Part shown: piece after piece, positions 12,695-26,800 of the stretch | Layout: each line of letters starts with the position of its first letter | Position numbering within the stretch: position 1 is the stretch's first letter | Assembly (NCBI RefSeq): GCF_009834535.1 | Contig: NC_045696.1 | Location: 84,198,001-84,262,000, forward strand | DNA length: 64,000 nucleotides | Direction: 5' to 3' | From: Camelus ferus | Lineage: Eukaryota | Program-made: the position numbers and the translations under genes | Notes under the pieces: generated by a model | What the model was told of the DNA's origin: nothing | The model's database searches: none | Seen by the model: the letters and a program-made list of their open reading frames with translations, nothing else

Positions 12695-12830
12695 TTGTGT
12701 CTTAGTCAGCTCAACTTCCTACAGCAAATTGCCATAGACTGGGTGGGTTAAACACAGACATTTAATTCTCACAGTTCTTGAGCCTGACAAATCCACAATT
12801 AAGGTGTTCCCTTTAGGTAATATGTCCCTG
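12695..12830 (-). mobile_element. MaLR MLT1 LTR fragment
   Basis: tgtcttagtcagctc...ccatagactgggtgggttaaacacagacattta...ctcacagttct...tccacaattaaggtg. Confidence 0.7.
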
Positions 12831-13545
12831 TTCTCTACTTGCTTTTTAGGCATTTGATTACAGTGTGCTGTGATATTATAGTCATTGTGTTTATTCTGCT
12901 TGAGGTTGTTGTTCTTATTGGATGCATGAGTTAAAATGTTTAACATCAGATTTGGAAATTTTTGGCCATGACTTTCCAAACTTTTTCTTTCCTCTCCCCA
13001 CCTCTTCTGGACTTCAATTGCATATATGATAACTGCATTGCATCACTCCACAAAATACTGTAGCTTTGTTTATATATATATATTTTATAAATTGGTTTGT
13101 ATAGATTCCATTTTAATGTCTTTAAAGTTCATTAATATTTTCTTCTGTAGGGTCTAATTGTCAATGAATTCCATTCAGTAAAATATTTATTTTAGATATT
13201 ATATTTTTTAGCTCTAGAAGTTTCATTTTTAAAAAATCCTCCGTTTTTCTCCAAATTTTATTTAGGTCTTCCTTTACATCTTTAAATATATTTATAATAG
13301 CTATTTTAAATCCTTTTCAGCTAAATTTATTATCACTGTTATTTTGGGGTCCATGTTTCCATTTGTTGGTTTTCCTTTTATTTATGCTTCTTCGTGTATG
13401 TAGCAATTTTGATTCAATGCTAGGCATTGTCAATGTTGTTATCATGTTGTTGTGATCTGGATTTCATTGCCTGTCTTTAAAGAGACTAAAGAGAGCTGAG
13501 TTTTATTTTAGGAGCCATAAAATTACTTGCAGATTAGCTTGATGT
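12830..13545 (-). mobile_element. Old L1 (L1M-type) ORF1-region fragment
   Basis: T-rich tract with catcagatttggaaatttttggcca, tttctagctctagaagtttc-like and tttataatagctattttaaatcctt motifs. Confidence 0.55.
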
Positions 13546-14641
13546 TTTCATTGCCAAAACTGGCTAAAAAAAGAAAATTCAGCTATATAAAGAAAATGAT
13601 AATATGAAAGGGAGAATACGATTTGCATGTAAAAGGGTTAAGTCTTGAAAGAACTAGAAACTGCTGACTGTCTTCCCTGCTGATTGTTAAAGTCAACATA
13701 GTTACTTATTTAGTTTTACATCCACATTTTCTCATCTTGTCTCTACCTTAGAAAAAAAACATCTAGAATTCAACAAGGAAAAAGTAGATACATATTTTCC
13801 CTCCATATTTTATGCAATGTTTCACTGCAATCCAGGCAGGCTACTTCTTAAGCTGATTTCCCTGTCTTTAACTTCACCTCGAAAGTTTGTATATGCCCAT
13901 AGTGGAGAAGAGAACAAGGAGGTAACTTTAGATATCTTTGTAAATATTGAATTTGCCATGAACCCAATCATCTAAGAACAGATAGAATATGATTAAGTCT
14001 GTTCTACTCTGGTGCATTTTCAAATGATTGTTAATAGAGGAAATTGTATTTGATCAAATTATCTAGAGATTATTGAAGAAAGATAATTTGGAAGTGGGGT
14101 GTTTAAGCTTCCTCAAATACACCAAATCACAGCATACAGTCTCCTTTTAGAGATTAATAGAATTCTGCAATTCATTTTTGACCAATATATTTATTTATAT
14201 ACTTACTGTGTCAGTAGGTTAAGATATAAAAATGTATCAAACTAAAAAATGCTAGAATAGTTCAATTCTGTATATGAGCACTCAAGAGAAAAAGTAATGT
14301 TAGTCTTTTAAGATGTTTAATAAAGAAAGTCACTAATTTATTCATTCTATCTACCTGATAATGAAAAGTTAACAAACCAGACCACTGTATGGTTTGACTA
14401 TATAAGCTTTTTCAGATTCAATTTAAATCTCCCCAAAGTATTTTACGCATTAGCAAATTTAAAATAATAATGTAACTTGCCTTTTCAGAAGTTAATGGTA
14501 TAAGATGACACAAATATGTGAATTTGTTCAGTTTAGTTAAAAGACACAACAAAAATGATTTATTTTTTGTAAAAATGTTTAGTATTTTTTATTTTTTTTT
14601 GATCCTTAGGTTAGTTAACATTGTGATTTTATAGTGTATGG

Positions 14642-15134
14642 CAGTACTTTTCAAAGTATGGTCTGGGAACCCTTGGGAGTACCTGAGCCTCTGTGAGTTC
14701 AAATTATTTTTGTAATAATATTATGAAGTTATTTGCCCATTTCACCCTCAGTCTCTCATGAGTGTACAGTGGAGTTTCCATAGGCTACATACAAAATGTA
14801 TGATATTGCAACAGGTTGAATGTAGACAGACATGAAACTATAGCTGCCTTCCATTAAACAAGATGTACAAGCGATATGAAAAATATAAAGACATGCTACT
14901 CTTCCCTGTGATTTTGTTTTTAATTTGGAAAATGTAGTTTTTTAAAATAAAAATACATCATTTATGTTAACATATAATAGATTTATTATTGTCATTTTAA
15001 AATGAATTAATATGAATATTTTAAAAAATTGCTCAGTTTTATTCTCTAGTATGAAAAATATCTAGCTCTTTATGCTTGATGATTTTTAAGTATGGCAAAA
15101 TACCTTGAGACCAAAATGTTTGTAAACCCCTACT
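14642..15134. mobile_element. hAT-Charlie non-autonomous DNA transposon (Charlie4a-like)
   Basis: Starts CAGTACTTTTCAAAGTATGGTC and ends gagaccaaaatgtttgtaaacccctaCTG; internal ctctcatgagtgtacagtggagtttcca...ggctacat; ~490 bp. Confidence 0.7.
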
Positions 15135-18100
15135 GTATGTTTACATAGGTCACATTGACATGAAATGGTTGAAGATCACACACACACAAAAACCAAAAAA
15201 CTAGATGACTGATGGCGGAGAGAAGTGGCAGCATGAGTCTGGAAGACCAGGAGCATATGACACTGTAAATAGGCACATCACAGAGACATCTGCACAAGGT
15301 GGAGAGCTATTTCAAGTATCGTGGCGCCCCAGCCCCCCAGCTTTTTTCTGATACTACAATAGGAAACAGAATAGCTATAAAATCATTTACACAACTACAG
15401 GACAGATGGACCACAGAGCCTGAGTACAGAGCAGAAAACAGCCAGAGGGAGGGCAAGAGAGAATTAATGCAAATTGAAAAAAATATGTGCGTGTGTGTAT
15501 GTGTGTGTACTTTTTTCCCCTGAGGGAATATAATATCATCGAAGTGGCTTTGTAGAGAACATGCATTAAGAGAAAAGCAAGACTTATCTTTATTTACCCA
15601 GTGTTTGCAGAGTTCTTTACAGGGTAAATTAGAAATTCAAGTAATGTTTAGTCAAGGCTCTTTGGCTACAGAAACCCGCCATACTGAAACAGGAAAGAGG
15701 ACTTATTCTAGGATACAGGGATATGTTGATTACCAAGGAAGAAACTGCAACCAAGTTTCGGGAAGGATGAGAACCTGGAAGCGTCTAACATCAAGTGTTC
15801 AGGGAGGTTTTGAAAATCCTTCTTTTTGGAACACTGTGGTTTCTCATCTTTGCTTCTCTTTGGGATACTGATAAATTCATTTGTCTCTGTAGATCAGCTT
15901 TTTTTTTTTTTTTTTTGCTGCTTCATGCATATGGTTAAATATGACGTAAGTTCCCACATGTTTCTGTATTTACCAGCCAACCCACCGGCAGAGGCTGGTT
16001 AGCATCAATGAATTTCAATTCTAGATTATTCCAGCTTGCAATAATCTGATTGGCCCAATTTGGGTTATATTTCCCCCCCTGATCAAGATAGTTATGGTTT
16101 ACAGGTATGTAGGGTCTGGTGCTCATGAAGGAATATAAGTTAGGTCTGAGAGAAGTGCCTTGAGAGTTCAACAAATGCTGCCTTTCACAATAAATGAGAT
16201 ATGTAATTATATTCTGCAGATTTCTACTTATATCGAGGTAACTTAGTTATCCTACCCAGAGTCTCAGCCATTTGTGATTTCAGCACATCATCACTGCAGC
16301 TTTAGTAAGTGGCATAAATACTTCCTTTATAAATTATTGTAGCTATCTGTTTTGGTATAAGTCCCCTGGACAGTTCTTTTTATAAATCTTGGGGCTCCCT
16401 AAGCAATTGCTACATTATAATTACCTTTTTCTCTTTGGGCATCAGACTCTCACCTAAGCTAATCAAAACCTATATATAAATGGGGCTGGTGCAACCTGAG
16501 AAATTAACTGTGGATATACGTTAAGTCTGAAGTGGAAGCCTGCAGTTGACTTTTGGCATTGGGATCCATTTTTGAAGTATTCTGTCTAGAATGGTCTTTG
16601 TCAGAATGCCTCATCACTGTTGGTGATGTTAGAATTACACCCAATTGCACTCATCACATGGAAGGCCTAAATGCCATTCCTCCCTTACAGCCTGACTCAA
16701 TGGGACGTGCACCATTTACTCTGACATGCAAGGATGGACTTTTCCTGGAATAGCCCAAAAAACTGTTTACTTAGGAATGCGATCCACTCCCCTTCAATCC
16801 TGCCTCAAGGATACTGAGAAAATGTAATACCTACTCTCTTCCTTGGCCATGCAGTGTGCCTTTTATTCCTCTGGGTTAATGGGCGAAATTAGAAGTTTCT
16901 GTGTCTTATCAGCGCTGTTTTCCACGTGTCTTTATGTAAGTACCTGCCTAATTAAAGGGGAAAAATCATTTCTCTATCTCTCCACTGGGGACTAGAAAGG
17001 TGGATCTTAATTAGACTAATTTAGTAACTAGGGCGATATGACATATGCTGCAGTGATGGTTCTTTTTATAAACAATTCTTTTAAAATTCTCATTTCCGAT
17101 GCTTATCATAGGTCTGCCCCCAAAATTATTTCTTTCTAGTCTTTCACTCATCTTAGGAACCTGATTTGATGTGCTCGATCTCCATGCCATTACAACATAG
17201 TTCACAATTGACAGACTCAAAATGATACTTTCCCAAATGTTGAAATCGGTGGCTGTATTAGGAAACAGGACCAGAACCCAACTTCCAAATCTCCTGGCTG
17301 CCAACTGCTTCCCTGGATTCCATGTCATACTTAGACGCAGGCAAGAGAGTTTGGGTCCCATATTATAAACTTCCTCTGACCAAAGAGCTAAAAGTCTGTA
17401 AGACCAAGGAAATGAGTCCATCCAGAGCCTGGAGCTCTCTCTTCTAGATCTTCTAAACCATGCTTCGGATATCTGAAACCCTAGAATTCACTTCCCAAAC
17501 AGTCCCGAGGTTCTTCCAGGGTTAGAGCAGTGCACTTCTTAGAGTCTGTTTTCTAAAAATTATTGCACAGCTAGAGGGAACATCTTGAGACCCAAGATAG
17601 GGCCAAAGAACCAGTGTGCAGGGTGGCAGGTGGAGCTTGGACTTAGGGTGGGCATGCAGCCAGGCTCCTCCCAGCGTGAGACAGGGTGGAAGAGGGAGGT
17701 GGGCTACTTCCCTCCGGGGACAAGGGGCTGGCTTCCCTTATATTGCCATGTTTTGTTACAGGAACTCAATGAGTTCGAGAATTCTAAGTTCAAACCTAGC
17801 TTTCCTGATTATTATGAAGGTTTATTTATTGAACTAGGAGAACAGACATATTTCCTTTACATTTTTGGCTTGATTTATAACTTGTAAATACTTTGACATA
17901 TGTGAGCTTCCATTTGACTCTTCCCAAGGACCTGCAAATGTTAGCAGTCAGCATGCCCAGATTCATAATAGTAGCAAGACCAGGAAAATGCAAATGCTCT
18001 ATTAATATATGACTTTAAGCCCTAAATCTAAAGTATTTTTCTCATAGGCTGAGCTGGGCAAGAAGAGATAAAAATGAAATCCTCTCGTCTGTGATAGGAC

Positions 18101-21100
18101 AGCTTGAACTGGAATCAGATCAGGCAGAGCAACTTGTTTTATTTCTCCCAAGCTCAGAGCTACATGTCATTCTTTTATATTTAATCTTCAAAAGCAAGGG
18201 AAGGTGAATCTAAAAAATGCCTGACAAAGAAGAATGAAGGAGAAAGGGATCATGTAAGACTTGGAGAACAGCCCACCAAAACCATCCTGTATCTGAGACT
18301 TACCCTGGGTCCCGACAGACATTTTCTCTATCTGTACTTGGCTATGATTTCTCAGTGGGGAGGCACTGAAAATGACCATCAAGGTATGATTTGTATTTCT
18401 TGGGCACATATTAGGTTAAAAACTATAGGCTGAGTACATTTTCCATGACTCATCTTGCTGTTATGATCAAGTCCAGAACAAAAATCACTTTCAAGGGTTG
18501 TTATAGACGGGTACCTAAACTTGGCAGACCAAATTTACTACTGAAGTGAAGATTAATGTGTGTAGAGCAGACTAAGAGATGCTCTCAAGCAGCACCTTTT
18601 AGAGAGTAATGTTTAAGTGAGGTCAATGTCTGCCTAGGGGGCCCTAACTTACACAAACACAGCACCAGGGAGAGCCAGGATTGCTTTAATACAGCATCCA
18701 AATAGCAACATGAATGCTAAAGATTCAAATTTCTTGTTATCTTTCACCTGGTAAATTAATTCCCTAGTATTTTTTTCTTATTAAGCCTATAGGTATCTCA
18801 CCATTCATGTAATTTTATGACACCTAATATTAAGCATAGTTCAGATGTCAATAAAGTTAGCACTGCCAATATTACTCACTGCTGATCTTCTGATGAACTG
18901 CCACCTTCGCTGGCAGGTCGAAATGTGGATGCATTAGCCATATGGTCTGCTTTCCAGCTTGATATTATATCTAGCAATGCAGCAATAAGAGTTCATAAAG
19001 CCTAACCTTTGCAGGGCTCACCCTGCGTGTAAGTAGGTTAGGCGGCTGCTAATGTGGCGTGACGTTGGAGGCTGTAAACCCTTCCTATTCCCAGGATTTT
19101 TAAACATCTCCTCTGCAGCTCCCATTATTCTAAAACCTGTGCTAAATGCTAGAGTTAGAAACATAGTCTTTCCTTCCAATCATTTAGTGCTGGGAGAGTA
19201 GCAGACATGGTTGACTTGCCGACATGGAGAATTCTTGTAGTAGAGGTGCCCCTACTTGTCATTAAGTAACTAGGTCTCTGTGCTGCCTGTGTTAAAAATG
19301 CAAACGTGGGAGATGAAACTCACTGGTCTGTTAACATCTGTATTAGTTCAGCAATGGCTAAACTGCTATTTTAAAAAGTAGGTCCCAAATACAATGACTT
19401 TAAAAGATCTGTCAGTTCCTAGGAAATGTCTTCATTTCCACAGTAAAAGCTGAATTGCACACAAGTCCATGCTCTGGCTGAAGGCAAGGGAAAAGAGCTG
19501 ATTTCTAGGGCAGGCAGTGTCCTGTTAAACCAATGAGGTCGAAATTGCACTTACCACTTCCACTCATACTCCTTTGATAACTAAGTCACATCTGAGAGAC
19601 AGCTGCAAAGGAGTCTGGAAGACGTAGTCACTAGCGAGGTAGCCGCGCGCCCAGTTTGAACTGTGCGCTAGGGGAGAGTAGGAGGATGGGCTTTGATAGC
19701 CCGTTAGCAGCACCCACCACAGAATCATTCAGAACATCAGCAGAGTCCATTTAATAAAGTAGCTATTGCTCTAGTAAAATCTTGGAGATATGGGACGCAG
19801 AACAGGACTATTTTTAATGCGGAGAGAATGAATAAGCACTTTGCAGCCTCCTTGGGCCTGACTGTGAGTTGGGATGTGGAGATATTATAGTTGCCTAAAG
19901 TAAGCTTGAAGGAGTAGATGGTAGCCAGACAAACTTGGGGGCGCTATGAGGAATTACCTTGGGGCACAATGGAGATGTTACACTGAGCTGGTGGTAGGAC
20001 CAGCTTCCCAGAGCTGTCTGCGAGCATATCAGTATCATAACAATCAGACATGCAGTTTTTGCAAACCATATTGCACCTAAATTTGCCTCTCTGATTGGAA
20101 AAGTCATAGAGGTATGGACGTTACCTTTGGGCACTTCTCCATATAAAAATGTTTTAGCATTAATATTAGAAAAAATCACTTTAAATTCATGTATTACACT
20201 TGAGAGATTTAGGACTCTTTTTCTTTCTGGTATGGTTATGTGGATTTTGCTAGAGAAATTTAAAATATATAGCGAGGATCATTTGAAGTTTTGGAAATAC
20301 TTGATGCGGCAGGGATTCTGTAGTTATGTGATTATCTGGCGCCACCCAGCAGACCAATGGAACATTGACTTAGTGGCCACTTGTGAAGAACACAGGGTGG
20401 AGAGTGCAGCCCGCAGGCAGAAGGCTGTCCTAGCCGTGGACAGAGTGATAGGAGTTTCCAGCTTCACAAACAGCAGCCTATCCTCCCCTTCTGGTGTCCG
20501 TAGGCAGACAGGCCATTCAGGAACTATTAGGAGAAGCCCAATCTCTTGAGTTAGATTATTATTGTTCAAATGCTAGGTCCTACATGCAGAATTAAATTTT
20601 TACCACCTTGCACAATTTCCATTCCTTGCCTTCTTTTCAGGAATAAAGTGAGGGTTTGGCTCTGGGTTGCCACCCTCAGAGTCCTTCCCATTCTCTTCTC
20701 CTTCGTTCCTAGAGACCACGGTAGCAAACTGAGAGAGCTCACTGATCTGCAGTGAAATCTGAAATGTCAGATATTGTTCCGGATGTACCCTCTGTGCTCA
20801 CATGGAGGATTATCCTAAGGAGAAACATGCTGTTGATATTGATGGGGCTGTAACATAATCTAGATTGTCCTAACATTTACATCTCTTCCACACACCCTTT
20901 CAGTCTCATGAGCTCCCCGGAAAGTGTCTCCATTGTATGAATTACCAAGAAACGTGTTAAAACTTTTCCACTGTTTTATTGTTGGGAAGAATATTAGTAG
21001 GCTTTTGCCAGAATTGCCTTAAAGTGTTTATCACATTCTTCTCTATAAATGCATGCCTTTCCTAGACCCTTCATACGGAAGTGCTGCTCATAAGAGCATG

Positions 21101-23454
21101 TTATTAAGGGCTCACGTGTCCTGAAATTTTGCTAAACGTTTGCAAATATCACAGATCTAAAATTAAACTTCCTTTCATGTGCTATCATAATTTTTTAGAC
21201 AAAAATAGAAGGGTTTGCAGTAAATACCAACCAGTAGTGATTATAAACACTCATTAAATTTTTATGTAATTGATTTATACATATCCTCAATAAATTCATT
21301 GGATATAGAAAATACTTCTTAGCTAATACAACATACATACCACAATTTATGGTCTGTAATTTTCAAGTTCATAAAAATCCAGACAGTATTTTTCTGAAGG
21401 ACTGGGGACTTTTATTTTCTATAGTAAAAATGTATTATTGACTACGTTATCCAGTCCTTCAGAGAATCTGATTCCTTTTTATGTTCGCTGTAGACTGACA
21501 ATAGTATATTTGACATTTCAAGATAAAATAAATTTGCATTTCACAGTTATAGTCAAGTTATCCCTTTTTGCTGTGATAAAATATTGAAGAGGGAAAAGAA
21601 AAGCTAGTAAGACATCCTGACACATCTACCCATTTCTGAAACATAAACAAAATGAAGAATTTGAGAGCCCACAAATCAATTTTCCATCGTGGTGATTCAT
21701 TATCTGTTATCTTGCTTGACTGAATAGCTCTATGACCTGAACAGGAATTAGAGCTCATTCATTTTTTGCGCCTTTTTGTAGCACGTCCGTGAAACAAGCG
21801 GGCCAGGCTGAAATGGGCACACTGCCAACTATGTGGATTTTTCTCTTGTACATCAGGAGGCCACCAGCCCAAATATGCTTTGTTTCTCTTCTCCTCAACC
21901 CCTCTGCTTGATTGTCCTTGTCTGCAATTTGCAGTTTGCTGAGTTTAAACTCATTCTCATTTTACATGCAAACACAACCCCTTTCTTTTGCCAGTGAGTT
22001 TGAGTTTAGTCTTTAGAAAACCACATAAAATTTTCCCCCCAAATGCTGCTGATTCAGCAGGGCATTTTTTCTTTTGAAAGGCAAAGCCATTTCGAGTGAA
22101 AGTTCTCCTAAAGATGATTTGTTTTTTCTTAGCCTTGTAACTTTTGTCATCGTCTGCATTTCTCTCAGCATAAAAGGCTCCCTCCTGCCTTTCCCTTTTA
22201 TTTATTGTCCGCTGTACTAACAATAGTTTTTTTGGAAGCAGGGAAATTTCTTACCTTCTGACTTCTTGCTGGTCAACACAACTCTCCACTTTGACATGTT
22301 ACATTTGGGAATGAAATATTAATACATGAGATGAGGCACTGTTTCAAGGAAGATAAAGTAAGGAAATGACATAGCTGATCATTTTCTCATGACATGGGAA
22401 AGAAAAAGTGTGTGTGTGTGTGTGCGTGCGCAGATGTTGGAATGGGACAAGGAGCAGTTTATTTATTTTCATGAGTCATTCATACAGTATATACGAGTTG
22501 ATTTGTGTATCTTTGCAAACCTAGGGTAGTGCTCTTCCTCAGTCAAATAGAACTTAGCAAATCAATTGGTGGCTGAAGAAAAAAACCCTGAAAAATGCAA
22601 AAAAAAAAAAAACCAAAAACCAACAAAACAAAAAACCAGAACTGGGGAAGACAATGAGATGTAGGAGAAGGCGTTTGTGGAAAGGAGCCAGATTTCTACC
22701 ACCAAGAATCTCTTTGCTTAACTAATAGCTCATCAGTTCTGCAGGCAAGTAGCTGAGTTCTTCACATTTATAAAAGAGATACTCAAGGATTTAACGATTA
22801 GGAAAGGAAAAATAAGATAAGCAGTGTCATGCTTATCATATGAGACTAGGGTTCATTGCCTTTCTCCCTGGTCTTTCCTGTCTGGTAACAACCAGATCTG
22901 ACATGGTGGTGATATTTTATTCCAGTCCTGAGAAAAGCAGAGACAAATGATGATACTTGAAATTCCCTGACCTCATTTTGCAATATCTCAGTTCTTCATC
23001 ACCCTTTGCTCTTAGGAAGAGAAGGGCAAAAAAAATTGCTAATGTAACTTTTTCCAATTAAAGTGTTCATTAACAGAACCTTCAAGATTTTAGTGTATCA
23101 TCGTCATTGTGTTTATTTTGAAAGGACTTTGTCATTTGCACACTCTCAGTCATAAATCATAAATATTTATAACATGCCCAGGCATTCATGACTAGTTTCG
23201 ACAAGACAAAGTAAAACAAATGAGCTGCTACTTAAAAATAGGTCAAATCTGGATATAAAAATACGACAAAAATCTCTAAGTTCCTCAATCTCAATTTTAC
23301 CTACTTATTTGAAATTGTGTATAAGTCCATTTGGATATCTCTTTGATATAAGCATAAATATATATTATATATCATATTTTTTGCTATGCAAATAAAATAC
23401 TTTTCAAATGTGACTGAAGTAAAATTTTCATGGAACTTCCTAATGGCATATTTC

Positions 23455-23860
23455 TTCAAATTTTGGTTCATGGATTGTCTGCATCAGAATTATTTAGATC
23501 AGAGCTTCTTAAACTGTGTGTGATGAAGGTCCTTTTCCCCATTAATCTGTGGAGGACTGAAATGTTTGTTCTACGCCCTGCACAATGAAACAAGCCTGCT
23601 AACTGTGTCGCTTGGGTATTGTAGCACTATCAGCTGCTTCAGGAAGTTTCTAGTCCCTTACTCTCATTATCTGTGCTTCTTTCTTCCAGGCCTGGTAACA
23701 AACAGTTTGCAAATTCACACTGGTCCTCAGAGCACACTTTGTGTAACACTAAATTAGCAGGCTTGTGAAAGTCCGAACAAACCAGAACCTCATGAGATGA
23801 GTCTTAGGGATGCGCATTTTTGATAAGTCCCCAGGTGATATTAATGCACTCTAAAATTTA
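23455..23860. mobile_element. MER5-like MITE apparently split by a second hAT element (~23500-23755)
   Basis: ctgcatcagaatta before the insert and catttttgataagtccccaggtgata after it. The insert begins cagagcttcttaaactg and ends cacactttgtgtaacact. Confidence 0.45.
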
Positions 23861-26800
23861 ACTGTTGCTTTCAGATAAGCCTAAATATTGTCGTTACTCT
23901 AACTCACAAGCCCGTGGACCCTAAGAGCAGTTAGAATACCTCATAGAGCCAAAGGATTTGTCAGAGGGAATTAGCTCTGCAGCCAAGTACAGGGTCTTTC
24001 CGCCACAGACGCTGTCACTCTCTGCTGGTCACAGTCCAGGCACTGCATTTATCTTTTGTCATCTGAAGACCCTTATTCTCTCTGCCCATTAGACACATTT
24101 GGTATTTTTCTTTTTCCTTGGCTTTCAAAGTATTGTATCAGATAATTCTTCTCTTCCACTTCTGCAATTTTTTACTTATTTTTCCCTACTAATTCTGGAG
24201 ATTAGCCTTGCTCTAAGTTCAGCCTTATCTCTGTTGTATATTTTGATAAATTTATCATTTTTAAAACTTTCTTCTTCCTCTCACTTGTCTCTGCCAATGC
24301 TATGTGTCTTCTGCCTCATGCCTTGAAAGTGGCCACACAGGTTACATGCTGTACAATTCCATTACATGCCTTCAGGTGCAATTCAGAGTAAATGTGGTCC
24401 CCGGGGTTTTGCGGGTTATAGTAGTACTGATTCTTTCAGTCACCTTGGCCTCCAAGCATGCACACAGACTTTGTTTCCATCATCATTCATTTATTCATTC
24501 AACAACAGAACCCAGTTGGGAACAGCTGACGCAGGGCCAGAGAAATGCACCTGGAGCAGTTAATTCTACTGCAGGACAACGTAACGTGGAGAGCAAAAAT
24601 GGACCCAAGGGCAAGCTGGCCCAGGTCAGCACACCAGCTTAGATGTACTCAGGAACTGGATTTTTGCATGGACTAAGTTGGGCTCTATGAAGGAGAAATT
24701 TTGCCAGAAGAACAAGGAATTCTGAAATCATGCCATGGCAACTATCTTCCTTCTCAAGAGATCCCAGAGGAAGATATGAAGGAGGCAAAGCACAACAAAG
24801 AAATACCAATTTTAATTGAGTTTTGGACTCAAGCCTTAAAGGAGAACTCCAGTAAGCGAGGGCGAACCAAGCGATAAGGCTCCTCGTGTATCAGGTAAGC
24901 CAAACCCTCAAACCAAAACGTGGCTTTCTCTCTTAATTCCATATTTTGGGTTAGCCTCTCCAGACTGGTAACTAATATGTGGGCGGAAAGGCCAAATAGG
25001 CCAGAATGAAAGAGAGAGAGAAAAAGAAAAGAAAGTGCATGCCCTGATATGGTAAAGTTGGCTCAAGCTGCCTCCTGGGTGAGCCTCGGGCCAGGCCTGG
25101 TACATCTAGACTTAACAATCATGTGGGGAAGGCGAGCTGAGAAGGATGGTGGGGTCATGGTAGGGGAGCAGCAGGCCCTGGCGCGCTCCCCAGCCCAGTC
25201 TGCACTGAGTGGAGGAGAGAGGAGAAGGTGGGACCACGTACAGCAAGGTGTTGACCTTTTAGCCATTTCACGACCTCTTGAAACATGACCCAAGTTGCTA
25301 GCCTATACTCTGGAGTTGGGAAAGGAGGTGCAGCTCTTTCTCTGATCCAGAGCAAAGGGGCCCCAGTGGAAAATGAGGCATGCTGCCTGCTCTGAGGAAG
25401 CTCAAGGACACAGGGGAATGGGGGAAACCAACATGTAATTTTCCTCTCCCTTTCTGTGCTATCATCGGGCATGAGTGTGGTATGTGCTCTAAAAATGCCA
25501 CTCATAGGTTAGTTGATGTCATCAAAATAAGAAAGTAAAAATCTTACTATTTTTCAGTACTGATTACTGTGGAAGTACATGGATAAGTCATCTTGGAACT
25601 GGAGATGCTTTTGCTTTTTAGGTATATGTTGGCCAACATTACTTTGAACAGAGGGGTCCAGCACATAGCATCAGTGCGTATCATTACAAAATTCACCAAT
25701 AATATTGCTTGCTGCTTTTTCATGGACACAATCTTGTCTTCCCAACTTTTTATTGACTGAAATGCCAATAATAGAATATATTACCCTTTGAAATGTTAAA
25801 GGGGATTGTCTCAGTGAGACTTAACATTATATAGACGTTTGGGAAAAGGTGGCTTAGGAAGAGTTCTTGGGTTTTATTTTTTTTCTCCTGATCATAACAA
25901 TATCCTTGCATTCATTACAGAATGCAGATTCTCAGGCCTCTTGGACATTCTGATTCAATAGATCTGATGTAGGGCTAGGAAATTGGAGTTTTTTAACAAA
26001 TACTCTAAGAGAGTCTTATGATCAAGAAACACACCTGTATGGTGTCTCTCACTCTAATATTCTGTAATTCTGCGGTAGTTACCTGGACCACAGGGAACAT
26101 ATCTTTACTGGCTGTATTGGAGCTAACATTGTATTGAGAACAGAAAGGGTGTTCAGTATGGATTTAACTGATCATTGATGCGTTCTGACAGAGTCCCAGC
26201 TTTCAATTGATACGGACAGTTCACAGCCAGTGGTATTTTGGACAGTGACTTGGAAATGAGAATGTATCATTAGAAACAAGGTTATAGTGATTTTCAAAAC
26301 ACTTCACAGTTTACAAAGTATTTTTATTACGTGCTCTCTTAAGAACTTCATCAAAACCTGGTAAAGTTATCAAAGCAAAACTATTATTGATATTTTACAA
26401 ATGTGGAATGCATGGATGCGAAGAACTGGCTCTTTTTGTTTTACTTAGCTACTTTGATTAAGATTAAAATTCAGATCTCTGTATTCTTTACTTTATGATC
26501 TTTTCAAGGTGCAAGGATTTTTTTTTTTAACACTAGCAATCCTGCCTGTATTTATTGTACATCCAGCAAAAGAAAATTCATGACTTTATTCCTGCATAAA
26601 AAGACCAGTATTGTGGGTGAAACCAGCTAGAACCAAACTTGATAACTACATATACAAAATGTGAGAACAAAAGTGGAGTATTCAAGAACATTATCTTCTC
26701 CTAAGAAAGAATTTTAGCAGTTCCTAATGAGCCAAAGAGAATCTAGAATAATCTCCAAATCCCCATATCTCATCATTTTCCCACCACAGTCTTGGCCTTC

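Noticed and set aside
17024..17037. X-box-like GTAACTAGGGCGAT
   Set aside because: The second half-site is degenerate and there is no promoter context, so chance is a sufficient explanation.
18895..18920. CTCF-like tgccaccttcgctggcag
   Set aside because: Two extra bases break the spacing of the core motif.
20127..20549. 140-aa ORF, and similar ORFs at 17011-17421, 48775-49221 and 57329-57718
   Set aside because: No recognisable homology or consistent splice context; several start at non-ATG codons or lie in L2 remnants.
24330..25300. GC-richer intergenic patch with ORFs on both strands
   Set aside because: Probably old DNA-transposon or LTR remnants, but I could not assign a family or show coding features.
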